A stretch of 64,000 bases of DNA from Bugula neritina (Eukaryota; Animalia; Bryozoa). The first letter of the stretch is position 1. Each line of letters starts with the position of its first letter. This document shows positions 36,066 through 49,317 of the stretch, one piece after another. The notes under the pieces are model-generated. The model made no database searches, had not been told where the DNA came from, and saw only the letters and a list, made by a program, of their open reading frames with translations. The stretch covers positions 12,509,801 to 12,573,800 of the forward strand of contig OZ037767.1 in the NCBI GenBank assembly GCA_964035545.1. Direction: 5' to 3'. Made by a program: the position numbers and the translations under genes.

Positions 36066-36861
36066 ATGAGTACTGTATACAAGTTTGGTGGATCATACGA
36101 GCTTAATAAAAAACAAATAACGGTTATTAATGAAATGAATGATGATTTCATTTTGAGGGATGGTTGTAATACGCTTTTAGGTACTTTAGATATGGGTATT
36201 AATAAAATTTCTAGGGTCGCAGATCTTGTTGACGCTCAAGACGCCGCTACAAAAAATACGTTTATGACACGACTATATCACTTACATCTAATCCACAACA
36301 AAAAAATTAACTGTATCAACCGATACGGGTGGTGTAGCGGACAATAGCCTAAACGTTAGCGATGTTATAAAAAAAATATATCGAGGTATGCTATGCCACT
36401 AATACAAAATCCTATTAATCAATTAACTATATCGACTAATGCGGGTTATGTTATAGACAGTGATTTAAAAGTTGACGATGTTGTAAAAAAAGATAATATA
36501 TCGCAATATGCTATACCACTCATGCTTAATCCCAGTGAAAAACTAACTGTATCGACTAACATGAGTAGTGTTGCAGATGGTAATTCAAGCGCCAATAATG
36601 TCGTTACGAAAAATAATATATTTATTTCTAGTATTCCTAGAATCCAATCGGCGAGTGGAGGTAAGTTATTAATGCTAGCGCCTAATGGTGATATTATGGA
36701 GACTAATATTAACGTTACCGATATTATTACAAAAAAAATATATCAAATTACGCTATTCCAAAATCACAGGTGGCAGTTGGAGGTAAATTAGTAATATCAT
36801 CGTCTGATAGTGTTGCATTAGAATCTACCAATTCTAATGCAATACCATCAGTATATATTTA
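36066..36861 (+). pseudogene. Intronless virus-like fibre/adhesin gene fragment with ~39-aa repeats
   Basis: TAAATG start; GTLDMGINKISRVADLVDAQDAATK(KYV); about 5 repeats of AIP.I..P..KLT.ST..G.V.D..L.V.DV..K.NIS. Frame breaks fall in poly-A runs. Confidence 0.55.
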
Positions 36862-37899
36862 AGTTAATAGAGTTTTAAAAACTTTAAAGCTTTTAAAACT
36901 TTTGTTAACGTCACGATTTTGGAAAATTCCCTAAAATTAATTAGGAGTTGTCCCTGCCGTTCATTTCGTGCATGGATTTTAAGGGTCATTGAGTGCAAAG
37001 TGAGCCAGAACCATCACTATTCTACTACTGTTATGCATGTCCAAAATTGTTTAATTCTATACTTTTGAGCCTCATGCATCTGTAAGTCTTGTCATTATAC
37101 CCACATGTGTGTACAAAACCATTATTCGGCAACAAATAAGTATGCAAATGGCTTTAAATTGCCATCTAATTTTAATTATTTTGCAAACTGAGTTGAACAC
37201 TCAGTATATAATTATGTAATACATCGAAACAGTTTATAAAGATATAATTTTAAATAACTTTTAACAGATCTTAAAACTTATTTATATTTCTGCCAACAGT
37301 TTCTTGTAAAACAGCATTCCAAAAATTGCATCTGGGCTTTTAGTTGATACAATTTTATAACTCTTCAAGAATACATCAAAGTCTGTTAGACAATTTGAAA
37401 GTTTTTTGTTTATGGTTTTTTAAGGATAAACTCGGTTTTCTTCATAACATAAATTATTTGAGGATATCTCAAAATATACGTATACTTATCATAAAATTGA
37501 GCTGTTACAAAAAGCTTTTTTCACAGGCATAACCAGCCTTGTACCCGCCACAGGTATGGTCTCGTAGTAAGTAGTTTTTAGATTTAGAAAATGAATTTAC
37601 ACAATTTACAGTCTTTTGGCAAATATTAATTTTTTTTTAAATATTTAATATTAGTATTTTAGAGAAAAAAAGACTTAAGATATGGAGCTGAGTTGTGAGC
37701 ACATTAATTTTAAAACTGCAAAAATATTTAATGTATTTAAATTGCACGGCTGAATTAAAAATAAAATTATCAAACACTCATCAAACATTAGTTTTGAATA
37801 TACAACAAATACATTTCCTTTTTCAATTATTAGTTATTGGCAACTATAATAACATAAAACGACACTACAAACTAATCTCATGTATATACACAAGTGCAG

Positions 37900-37976
37900 A
37901 TGTGCACACATACTAACACACACACAGTTGCACACACACATGCACACACACACTTACACATACATGTATGCATACG

Positions 37977-38013
<37 letters not shown>

Positions 38014-38092
38014 ATACACACACGCATACACACACGCATACACACACGCATACACACACGCATACACACATGCATACGCATACACACACATT
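37900..38092. repeat. Compound (CA)n microsatellite
   Basis: Directly visible. Confidence 0.92.
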
Positions 38093-40562
38093 CACAAAAT
38101 ATCACAGAGATTAAATTATAATTGTGTTTTAGCATCATAGCATTACATAGGATCATTTTGATTGATGCAAGAAAATGTTCTAATATACGTTAAAAATAAC
38201 TGAGCATTTAGTAATGATAGTCATATATTACCTTTTTTCAGACCTTCGTATAACAATAAGTTGCTTACAGAGTAAAATTGGTTCATACACAGCCTTACTA
38301 ACTTCATAGTGTAGCAACTATATTATAACCATCAATATATAACATTTATATATGTTCATAAGATAAAGTGTCTTTGAAGCTGTATTTAATAGTAACAAAC
38401 ATTGAGTTACTTAAACTATGTTAAGATGTTTTATTATTTCTGGATGTAAATCAAAGATGATGTTTGTTGCCATACTTATGCAGTTTACGTTTTTTATTCT
38501 GTTTATTGCATACAAAGCTTTTAGAAGTCAACCATATTTTTTTTCAGACATGGTATTCTACAAATAGTTTTACTCACTATTGTAAACTCGTATAGTATCT
38601 GTATTGCTTGAATTATAGTCGGTGTTAAAATTTGTCTCTTTATTGGATAATTTGCAAATTTCATTCTCAGAAGCATAGGAGAATGCTCTGCATAACCACT
38701 TTTTAAGGCACAATACAGCACAAGATTCCAAACTTTGCCCAGCGTGTGCTGAACTTTGATTATTTATTTCTGATGTATTCAGTTGTAAAAGAAAAGATGT
38801 ATGATCCAGTCCCTACAAAAAGTAAAGAATCATTTTATACAATGCACAATCTGAGATTGGTAATAATTTGTTAGAGAAAAAGTGCTTTAAGAACATATGC
38901 AAAGATGCTTGACAAAATAAATAAAAATGCTCTGCATGTTTAAATAAATTGGTTTAAGGTGCCAGCAATATCGTGGATATGTAGTCCTACATCATTCACT
39001 CCGGACAAATCTGAACTAAATGAGAAGAAATCTAGCTAGATTTTGTTCAGAAATAATTAATTTAGTGTTTAGTATTCTGAATGAAAGCAGTTGTGACAAT
39101 AGCTGCAAACTATTTTATATAAAGTAATATATTATATAATGACATACACATTATTAGTATAAAATGCTGTAACTTTTAAAAGCTACCAGCAGATGTTGTT
39201 CACAGGTCAATGTTGTCCAGTGCAACTTGTCACACACGACTATACAAATAGAGACTTTGATTTACAACGAAGACTGAGCATTTCCTTGAAACTTTTCCTA
39301 TTGGACAGATTTATGGTAGGCTCATAATAATTTTTGTTAAAAATAACCTAGAGTAAATTCATGGTGACTTGGAAAACCTTAGTAGCAGATACTAAAATTG
39401 TGGCTGCTATAAAAAAAAACAAATTAGGTTCCCATATTGTTAAGGTGACGGTGAGTCATGACATGAGGGAATAGGGATGCTATATTTTTTGCTGGTGACC
39501 TAAACTTAAATATAAAATAATGGAATATTGTCAAATAGATACTGATATACCCTAAACTTGAAATTTTCATTATTCTCTCTTGCAAGGAAAGGGCATTGTA
39601 GATAATAAAATATGTTGATAAGCTACCATACAACAGGGGCTGATGTATGGAGAAGTGATTTAGTGTGGGTGATCACATTTGACTGTAGAAATAAGCAGCT
39701 GCTAAAGCTAATGTAATTAACATACTTTCATTCATATTTAGAGCCTTAACTATAGTTTAGTTCAGTTATTTTATATTATAGATGTATAGTATTGTAACAG
39801 TTCTCCAAAAAGCTAGTGGCCAATGAGTTTACCCAAATATGGAATTTTAGAAAAAACAAAACTGAAGCGCAAGAAAATTAATTGATTTGAAACTTCAAAA
39901 TGCATTTGGGCAATGTGGGTTGTTAGCGTTGCAGATAAAACGCAGTAATATTCATATTCAAGGTTATAAAACACTTTCAAACTTTATTTTTGCAATTCAA
40001 ATGTAACAAAATTTAAACAGCAGATACCAGCAAAACATTATCTCCATGTTGAGTAGATTTAAACAAAGGAATATTTATTGCTAGTGTATAACAATATACA
40101 TACCTTAGAAACAGACAAAATTAGTGGATAAACGGCTGAAGAAAGAACAAATGATGAAACATTGTACATGTTGCTTACGCTAAAAGGAAGGTTTTGACTG
40201 AACTACTAATGATGCAGCAAAGCATGAAGGCATTGCATTGATATATACAAGTCAATTTCCTTTTAGTAAGCGGTGGGTGGCACTTCGAAGCAAGTTACTG
40301 TTTATCTGATTTTTTGTATTTTTACTCAGTATTGATTACTGTCATCGAAAATTCACTTGAATAGTTATTGATGCAGCTTTTAGTTTTATTCAATATCATT
40401 CAGTTTTTCTCATACAATTTACAGTACACTCGTAATTCATGTCTATTTAAATGCATATCCTTATATTAATGTACATAGTTATCAAATTTCATTGTTATTT
40501 TAGTCAATACTACGTTAAAATTGTACGTTATAGATGATGATTTGATCACTTGTATATGATTG

Positions 40563-41018
<456 letters not shown>

Positions 41019-41067
41019 AATAGGTATACGAGAAAAATTGTTATTTATTACTTTATTAGGTAAAGTA

Positions 41068-41116
41068 ATTACACTGATATTTCGGGTACCACTGTACCCA
41101 TCTTCAGAGTAGCAAT
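41068..41116 (-). ncRNA. Minimal type I hammerhead ribozyme (pLTR copy 1)
   Basis: attgctact-CTGAAGA-t-gggtac agtg gtaccc-GAAA-tatc-agtgtaat: both core boxes, a 6-bp stem II and a stem I pairing, with only a vestigial stem III. Confidence 0.8.
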
Positions 41117-41467
41117 GAATGAAATTCAAAAATTATTATGTTACGTTAGACGTTATGCATGACACAAAAAATAGAGAGTGGCAGTTATTGTAAATTATTG
41201 AAACTTAGGGAGATAATCTTATTTTATATATTACGCAGGTCAAAAGTTATACTGATTTTTTTGCATAAAAAATAAATTAGAGTTGACAAAAAAAATAGAT
41301 ATCCAAATATAAAAACAGCAAGAATTAGTGAAACTATGTGAGAGTTGAATAGTGTAGAGCTATTGATATAGTTTTAGTGGTATGGAGTAATTTTGTTTAT
41401 TGAGTTGCGGTTTTATTTGTGTCATGCATAACGTCTAACGCAACATAATAATTTTTGAATTTTATTC

Positions 41468-41516
41468 ATTGCTACTCTGAAGATAGGTACAGTGGTACCC
41501 GAAATATCAGTGTAAT
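41468..41516 (+). ncRNA. Minimal type I hammerhead ribozyme (inverted pLTR copy)
   Basis: CTGAAGA at 41477-41483, stem ggtac/gtacc, GAAA at 41501-41504, then tatc. Confidence 0.78.
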
Positions 41517-41594
41517 TACTTTACCTAATAAAGTAATAAATAACAATGTTTCTCGTATACCTATTTATAATCAAATTGCTAGCTCGTAAAGATA

Positions 41595-41654
<60 letters not shown>

Positions 41655-41741
41655 CATATATATATACATATATATATATATGCACATATATATACACATA
41701 TATATATAACATTGTTGATTTATTACTTTATTAGGCAAAGT

Positions 41742-41790
41742 ATTATACTAATATTTTGGGCACCACTGCGCCCATTTTCAGAGTAGCAAT
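41742..41790 (-). ncRNA. Degenerate hammerhead (pLTR copy 3)
   Basis: Core mutated (CTGAAAA, AAAA), but stem II gggcgc/gtgccc still pairs. Confidence 0.6.
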
Positions 41791-43007
41791 GAATGATTAA
41801 AATTCAAAAGTTATTACGTTACGTTAAACGCTATACATGACACAAAGAATAGAGACTGGCAGTTATTGTAAATTATTGAAACTGAGGGAGATAATCTAAT
41901 TTTATATATTACGCAAGTCAAAAATTATACTGATTTCTTTGCATAAAAAATAAATTAGAGTTGACAAAAAATAGATATCAAAATATAAAAACAGCATGGA
42001 TTAGTGAAACTATGTGAGAGTTGAGTAGTGTGGAGCTTATTGGTATATTGTAGTTTTAATGGTATTGAGTAATTTTGTTTATTAGGTTGTGGTTTTATTT
42101 GTTTAATGTAGAGAGATTCAGCTACTTTTCGGTGATGGAATTCTTTAAATGAGTGATTTAGAAGTGTTACATTGTCTATTGATATGTTTCTGTGGTTAGC
42201 GGTAGAGATATGTTAATAAATTTTGGAATTGATGTCATGTGTGTGTGTGTGTGTGTGGGTCTACTTATTCAAAGCCACTTCACCGGGTTGCTCACAATTT
42301 GAATAGACTTTATTATTTACGAATTATACAAAAATAAAACTATCAACACTAATGCACACGATTACATAATAGAGAGTGATTGGTACACGACTTTACGTGA
42401 TAATAATAAGCTTCCACTATACATTTGCAGCTCTGCCTCCTGCTAATTGTTAGTCACATCCCATTGGTTAACTGGTGGTGACATCCTAAGGACATGGTGC
42501 TAGTAGCATCATGTAACTGTCCGAGATAGAGTTATCCTTTCGATATAAACTAACTAATTGGAAACACAATACTAAAACTCTTTACAATGCTGTTTTCTAA
42601 CATGACCATACATCCTACAATTAAAAACATCAATACCTATTGATTTTTTTACAACATATAATCAATGAAAGTCAATTATTTTATGTTTTTCAAGTTTTTA
42701 TGCAGGAAATATGGACATGCCCTGTGGTAAAACCTTCCATTTTTAACAAAAATCATGCACTTACAAAATAGTATAATGAAGTATGTATTCAACTATAAAG
42801 AATTGTTACTAGATAAAAAATCAATACTAACAATCAGTGTATAATAAAAGCTTTGTTATTTACATTGCATAATATTTTGTTCTACTGCATAATTCATGCA
42901 TACCTGGGAAAATATAAGTTTAAAATTATGCGTACACTTCTGGTCATTAACAGAGTTTTTATTAACATCAATTTCTTTGTGCAAAAACAGAATCTAAATT
43001 TTCAGAC

Positions 43008-46000
43008 ATGAAACAAATTGAGAAGTTACTGCAAACATATTTTTTCTACTCCTTGAGATTAGTGAGTATAATACTAATATTTCATATACATATATGTAGT
43101 TATGTAGTGCTATGAATCTGCAATAAGTCACTCATTATATTTGCTTTAATGTGCTCACAAACTGCTAACATAGGTATATTTAATTTACTACTGTATGTGT
43201 TAATATTACAACTGGTGAGTTTTTTACTTTTATAATTTCTTATATTAAGCTGTTGAAATAATGGGCATATATAAATATTGTACATAATTAAAAAATGAAA
43301 GGTAATTTGCCATAAAATTACATCTGAAAAGTTGGAATGTGTATAAAAACATACATAATACGTGTTCAACTACTCTGTAAATAAATTCCCTTTTAAGGAC
43401 AAGTCTTTCTATCTGATTGCTTAAATATAAAACTAAATCAAACTGCCCTGGCTTCCAAATCCAAAACCTCTAAAAAATTTAAATATGTATGTACAGACAA
43501 AGTTGTACTGTAATAGCTTTATAGTGCTCTTTACGAGTAATATCTAATAAACTTCTTCTTTTCCAGATTACAGTAAACAGCCAGTTTGTGTTACAATCAA
43601 CTAGTCAGTCAACTAATGCAAAGTACTTTGGTCTCACAAGGTCAGCATCTGAATGTGCTGCCATGTGCATACAGCAATATGACTCATGTATGTCAATATC
43701 ATACAACAGCAGAAGCGGTGAGTGCAGCTTCTCCAACAATACAGCCGAGTTGGTTGAAAATCAATCAGGAGAAATAAGTCTTCAAGTATACAACAGTGAG
43801 TTCAGATTACCATATATTATGTAGATCTGTCTGTAAGATCATTTGTAATAAATAGCCATGTTCATGAAATACTCACTGCAGTTCTCTATTTTTCACTTTA
43901 ATGAAAAAAATAAGTCACTCAAATCTCTTCTTTTTGTTTTAACCTTAGTTTGAATTGGAGATCTCATGGTAACACTGCCACATATATCCTCTAAATACAT
44001 CGGCAACTAAAACTGTTTTCTTCTTTCTTATGTGTTATTTTTTACTTAAGAGCTATAAATGTATAGGTTGAGCACTAGCCAAATTTTTGTATTGATATAA
44101 AAAAACCGGTTTAACCAAGAAAGCCTGGCTATAAATGCAACATATATGTGACTAAGTAACTGTCAAAAAAACTATAAATAGCATAAAGGCGTGTTTATGC
44201 TGTTATTTAAAGAAAGATCAGAATTTTTAACTAAAGCTGGTAATTTAAGAGCATAAATTCGTTTGAAGCCAATTTGAAGCTTTGTTTATTTGCTGCAATA
44301 TTTAATGGTAGCAAATAACTGCTCATAACACGGTGATGTTGTAGAGAGGCTGCCTCTATCTTGCTTAGATGGCTGGATTGAGATTCCCACTAAGGACAGT
44401 TGTATGCTAATAAAATCTGAAGAGATGGTTTCATGGGAAGAAGCAAAATATTATTGTGAATCCATGCAAGCTGAGTTGGTTATATTTGACAGCGAGAGTT
44501 TAATGAGCTGGTTCTTTGAGCTGAGACACACTCTTACAGGTATATGCTAAATGTGTGACTTTTGTATCAGCTGATAATTGTTGCTGTATCAGCTGATAAT
44601 TGTTGCTGTATCAGCTGATAATTGTTGCTGTATCAGCACGGGTGCTGCATGTTTGGCACGGATGTCTATGTATTGTGATTCACTTAATGAAGGGTGAATG
44701 GATGGAGGACGCAGAACCAGGCCACATCTCTTCTTTTTCTCTATTGCCAACAGTATATTTCTCATAAAACTCAAATTCAAACTCCTACTTGAACTTAAAC
44801 TTAGACTTGAGTTAGACTTAGACTCACACTGTAACCTATAACCATGAAAATTAAAAACATCTTGTTAACTTAACTTTAATTACACAGCTGACAAAACATT
44901 CAGTTAATGAAGTTCAAAACAAAAAATAATATAATATACTTGATACAATTGTTTTGGCAATTGGGTAAAAAAATTGCCTGCAGCTTTAGCAAGAGTAAAA
45001 TTGAGCTACACTGACTCATTAAACGAAAACTGCCAGTAAATATAGCTATCGGGAAAGCTTTCACAAAAAGCTTTCGTTACGCAATGGTTTTCTGTAAGCT
45101 ATCAAAAAAGCTCATGCAACAACTTTTAAGCACAATGATTAATATGATCATTCTAATAATTTATAGTTACTCACTCTTTTTCACCGCATCCAGTTTAGCT
45201 TTAAAAGTGTTCTGTGTAGCTAGCTAAGAACCTACAATATACAGAGTTTATATATTGGCATTTATCAGCTACTATACTTTTTATATGTTAGAAAACCAAT
45301 TTTTCAATCAAGTTAGAATATTAAACACCTTCTATAAAGTTGTCAATAAACAGTTAATAGAAATGCAATTTTTGGTATAAAATATACAATAAATATTTTG
45401 AATTGTGTTGCTAGCGATAGACATCTGGTGTCTATAAAAGTTGACCAGAATGTGTGAAGAGGTACCACAGATGCTCAGAAGATGTTATAATATAAAATCT
45501 AAATCATCTCACTCAATGACAGTACATTCAACCCTATACATATCTTCAGACATGACTTGAAAATATTTTTTTCTCAATGAGCTCAGATAAAAAATAGTTT
45601 TCTTTAGTAACTTTTCGCATATATCTAAAAATCTGGTTTGTATATTTTGACTTACCATCGATGCGTATGCTGTTTTAAAGACACTCATTTAATATAATAA
45701 ACACATTAATAATCGTAATTTTAGTTGAAGAGACTAAACTCCTACTTTGATCAATTTCTCTCCAATAAAAAATATTGAGTTATAATTTTAATTTACATAG
45801 CTTGACTAAAGCAGCTCCAATGTTCAGCTAAAATTTACATGGCCAGTTTATTGCTTAGTGCCACCCAACTATTTTATCTACAGGTTTGGGCCTGCAGTAA
45901 AATTTTTTGTAGATCTGCTTCTACTATTTATACCTTTAGACATTTCCACAAAAGAAATATGGCTAGGAAGTACTTGGGATGGAAGTGGATACAGCTGGTT

Positions 46001-46178
46001 AAATGGTGAGACAGAAGGCCTTGATCTATCAAGCTCAAACTGGGCTGAAAGCCAAAACGAACCAAACAGAAATGGTGACTGCGTCAATTCTTTTGATTCA
46101 ACTCATCAATATAAACTGCGGGACCATTCGTGTACCTTATACCAAGCAGGATATGCCTGTGAGGCTGACAAATCATAG
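43008..46178 (+). CDS. PAN/Apple + C-type lectin protein, 238 aa, 4 exons (43008-43061, 43567-43795, 44345-44539, 45940-46178)
   Basis: All introns are GT-AG and phases match (717 nt, no stops). PAN: RSASECAAMCIQQYDSCMSISYNSRSGECSF. CTLD: CLDGW..SC..SWEEAKYYC..IWLG..W..EPN..GDCV..LRDHSC..YACE. Exon 1 is the least certain. Confidence 0.88.
44565..44950 (-). repeat. Second copy of the 29205-29590 dispersed repeat, ending in a 22-bp tandem triplication
   Basis: Reverse-complement match; (tgtatcagctgataattgttgc)x3 at ~44563-44635. Confidence 0.85.
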
Positions 46179-46196
46179 CAAACAAAGTGCCTGGTT

Positions 46197-46842
<646 letters not shown>

Positions 46843-47387
46843 TGGCTAACACAGAAAGTATTTATCTCTTGGGCTCATTTTCACTTCTTCAACTGCATAA
46901 GCAATTTTGTCACAAAAATTAATAAACTAAAATGTAGCAAATAAGCAAAAAGTCTTGATAACCGGATTAATCCTGTTTAATATGCTGTCGAAATGGTAAT
47001 TATTATTCAGAGTGTCAAGATTGTAACCTAGTGGCAGTTTCAGTCAATGAAAATCCATTACATGCCCTCACATGTGTTAATGCAATTCTTTTAACCTCTT
47101 TCAATAAAATTGATTTTTGTAAAATTGGATAGAGTATAAGGCAACTATTATTTATTGCATATTCAACTCATTGGCTTTATCATTTTTATTGTGTAGCTTC
47201 CCATATTTAGTATGTAATTTTATTATATTCTTACAGTATTAAATATATACACTTTATCTGATGATTGGGTCAGGCATACATGAAACTATTTATGGTAATA
47301 AAATATCTCAATAAAAATTTTATTGCACTGTACTTTTGATTCACTCTACTCCGCTTTTCATTGGGTTCTTTTTTGTCGTAAACCATA

Positions 47388-47720
47388 ACCCCCTGTTCAC
47401 ATATTGTTGTATCGTAAGCCGTAACAGCACAAACAAAATGGCTCAGCTGTTACGTTTTAGCAACAGGCATTCACACACCGACGTAAATTACAACGCATGA
47501 CGTTGAGCTGTGACCAATCATAATAAGGTTAATTCTTGTCTGCGGTGACTTGTATGCCTTAGGATATTATTCATAAATTATTTGCAACACTCTTTTAAAA
47601 AAGATGATAGAAATGTTAGTGACTAGATAAAAGCAATTAAAGGGAAATAATCTCTTTTTTGATTATATGTGTCCTTAAAATAATTGTGCAAACTAATTTG
47701 TAAATGTGTGAACAAGGGGT
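47388..47720. mobile_element. MITE with ~18-bp TIRs (possibly Harbinger-type)
   Basis: accccctgttcacatatt ... aatgtgtgaacaaggggt. TSD is imperfect. Confidence 0.6.
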
Positions 47721-49239
47721 ACAACATTACAGACACACACTCGCGTGCAGATTACACACACCTGTCCTTAGTCAAAAAATCAAATATGTAAAACTTCCAT
47801 TTGTGTTTGTCTGTAGCATATTATTAAGGTATTAGTATGTGTTACAATAATAAATACCAATCATGAAATATTTTAGAATTGTCTGTCTTTGATTATATTG
47901 AAAAAAATATTTATTATCAGAAAGCTTGTATACCAGTCTACAGATGCGATATGATTTGTGTGTGACATACTGGTATACATTAATTGGTGTGATTCAGGTA
48001 AGGAAGCTGTTCATGTCAGCGTCATGCACTAAAATTTGATAACCCAAACTGTTTTTCTTTCTTTTAATTTAACATTAGGGTTACAAGTCAAAATAGGATT
48101 CTTGCAGCTATTTCATTTGGTTTATTTTTTGACTACTTTATATATCAATATACAGCATGACAATTACTGAACTTTACTGCAACAAGTTTTACATTATTTC
48201 TTAAGACACAAAACTTGAATTTGCAACTTTACTTTACAAATTGTGAAAGTCATATGTTTCTTGACAATGACAATAACTTTTGTGTTGGTTGAAGAATGCA
48301 ATAAAATTTAAAGCTTTCACTATTCATAAACATCTATTCTGTAGCTCCGTAGCTTTTGTATTGTCTGTAACCCTCATATTATAGCTGACTTCTGTTACAC
48401 TTAAAAATCTTCATCATTTTATCTAGGTTATTCCATTGTGCCGACATAATGGCAGTTTTGTATGTCTAAAAGAGAAGTTTTGATAGGCTGATTTTAGTAA
48501 ACCAAAGCTCCTATATATCAAATCCAATCATTGCATCACCACCAGCAGTCAAGAAGTCATATACGGGTTTGTAGCTGTTATATATAAACATAGAATTACC
48601 ATGCTTGCACAATTTAAACACATCCTTGTATTATTTTCTTTTATATTTGGGTAGTATATTGCAGCATTATTATCTTACAAAAATTATAACATTTCATTTT
48701 ATATATTTTTATTTTTGGTTTAAATTATTTTTTACTGCAGATATATAAATTGTTATTGAAATTTGAGAAAAGTTAATTGCAACTGTATAGTAATAAACAT
48801 GTTTTTTACACATGATTATAGTTATAAAAAATTTTTAATAGCTGTTTAGCATTGTTTAGTTGAGACACTCTGACCCTTCTTTTGTTTTGGTTCTGGCAGC
48901 TTTAATCAATAGTTTCTGTTAGTGGATGCTATTTCAGAATTGATGTTTTATAAAATTGTACAAAAAAATAAATTCAAAAATAAGTACTTTTCAATTACAA
49001 AAAAAAGTCATAAAACTCATAAAACAAAGATGGTGAAATATAGGTGTAACAACAGCCGTTTGCTAAATCCACTAAACTCTATTTCCGACAGATGGTATCT
49101 TCTTTAGGTATTATTTATGTAGTTCCCACTTTGCTTTTCTACGTCAGTGACCAAAGAATGTTATGTGCGTTATATATTTCTGAAACAAACAAGATAACAA
49201 CACATTTTGCAAATTATGTATCTGTATGGTAGCATGCTA

Positions 49240-49317
<78 letters not shown>

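Larger units (their letters stand above)
41023..42240 (-). mobile_element. Penelope-like element 3' fragments (pLTR copies + GIY-YIG C-terminus)
   Basis: 42239-42045 encodes NSKIY*HISTANH...HRKVAESLYIKQIKPQPNKQNYSIPLKL, a Penelope endonuclease tail. pLTR copies lie at 41023-41419 (-), 41420-41563 (+, inverted partial) and 41710-42100 (-). Confidence 0.88.
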
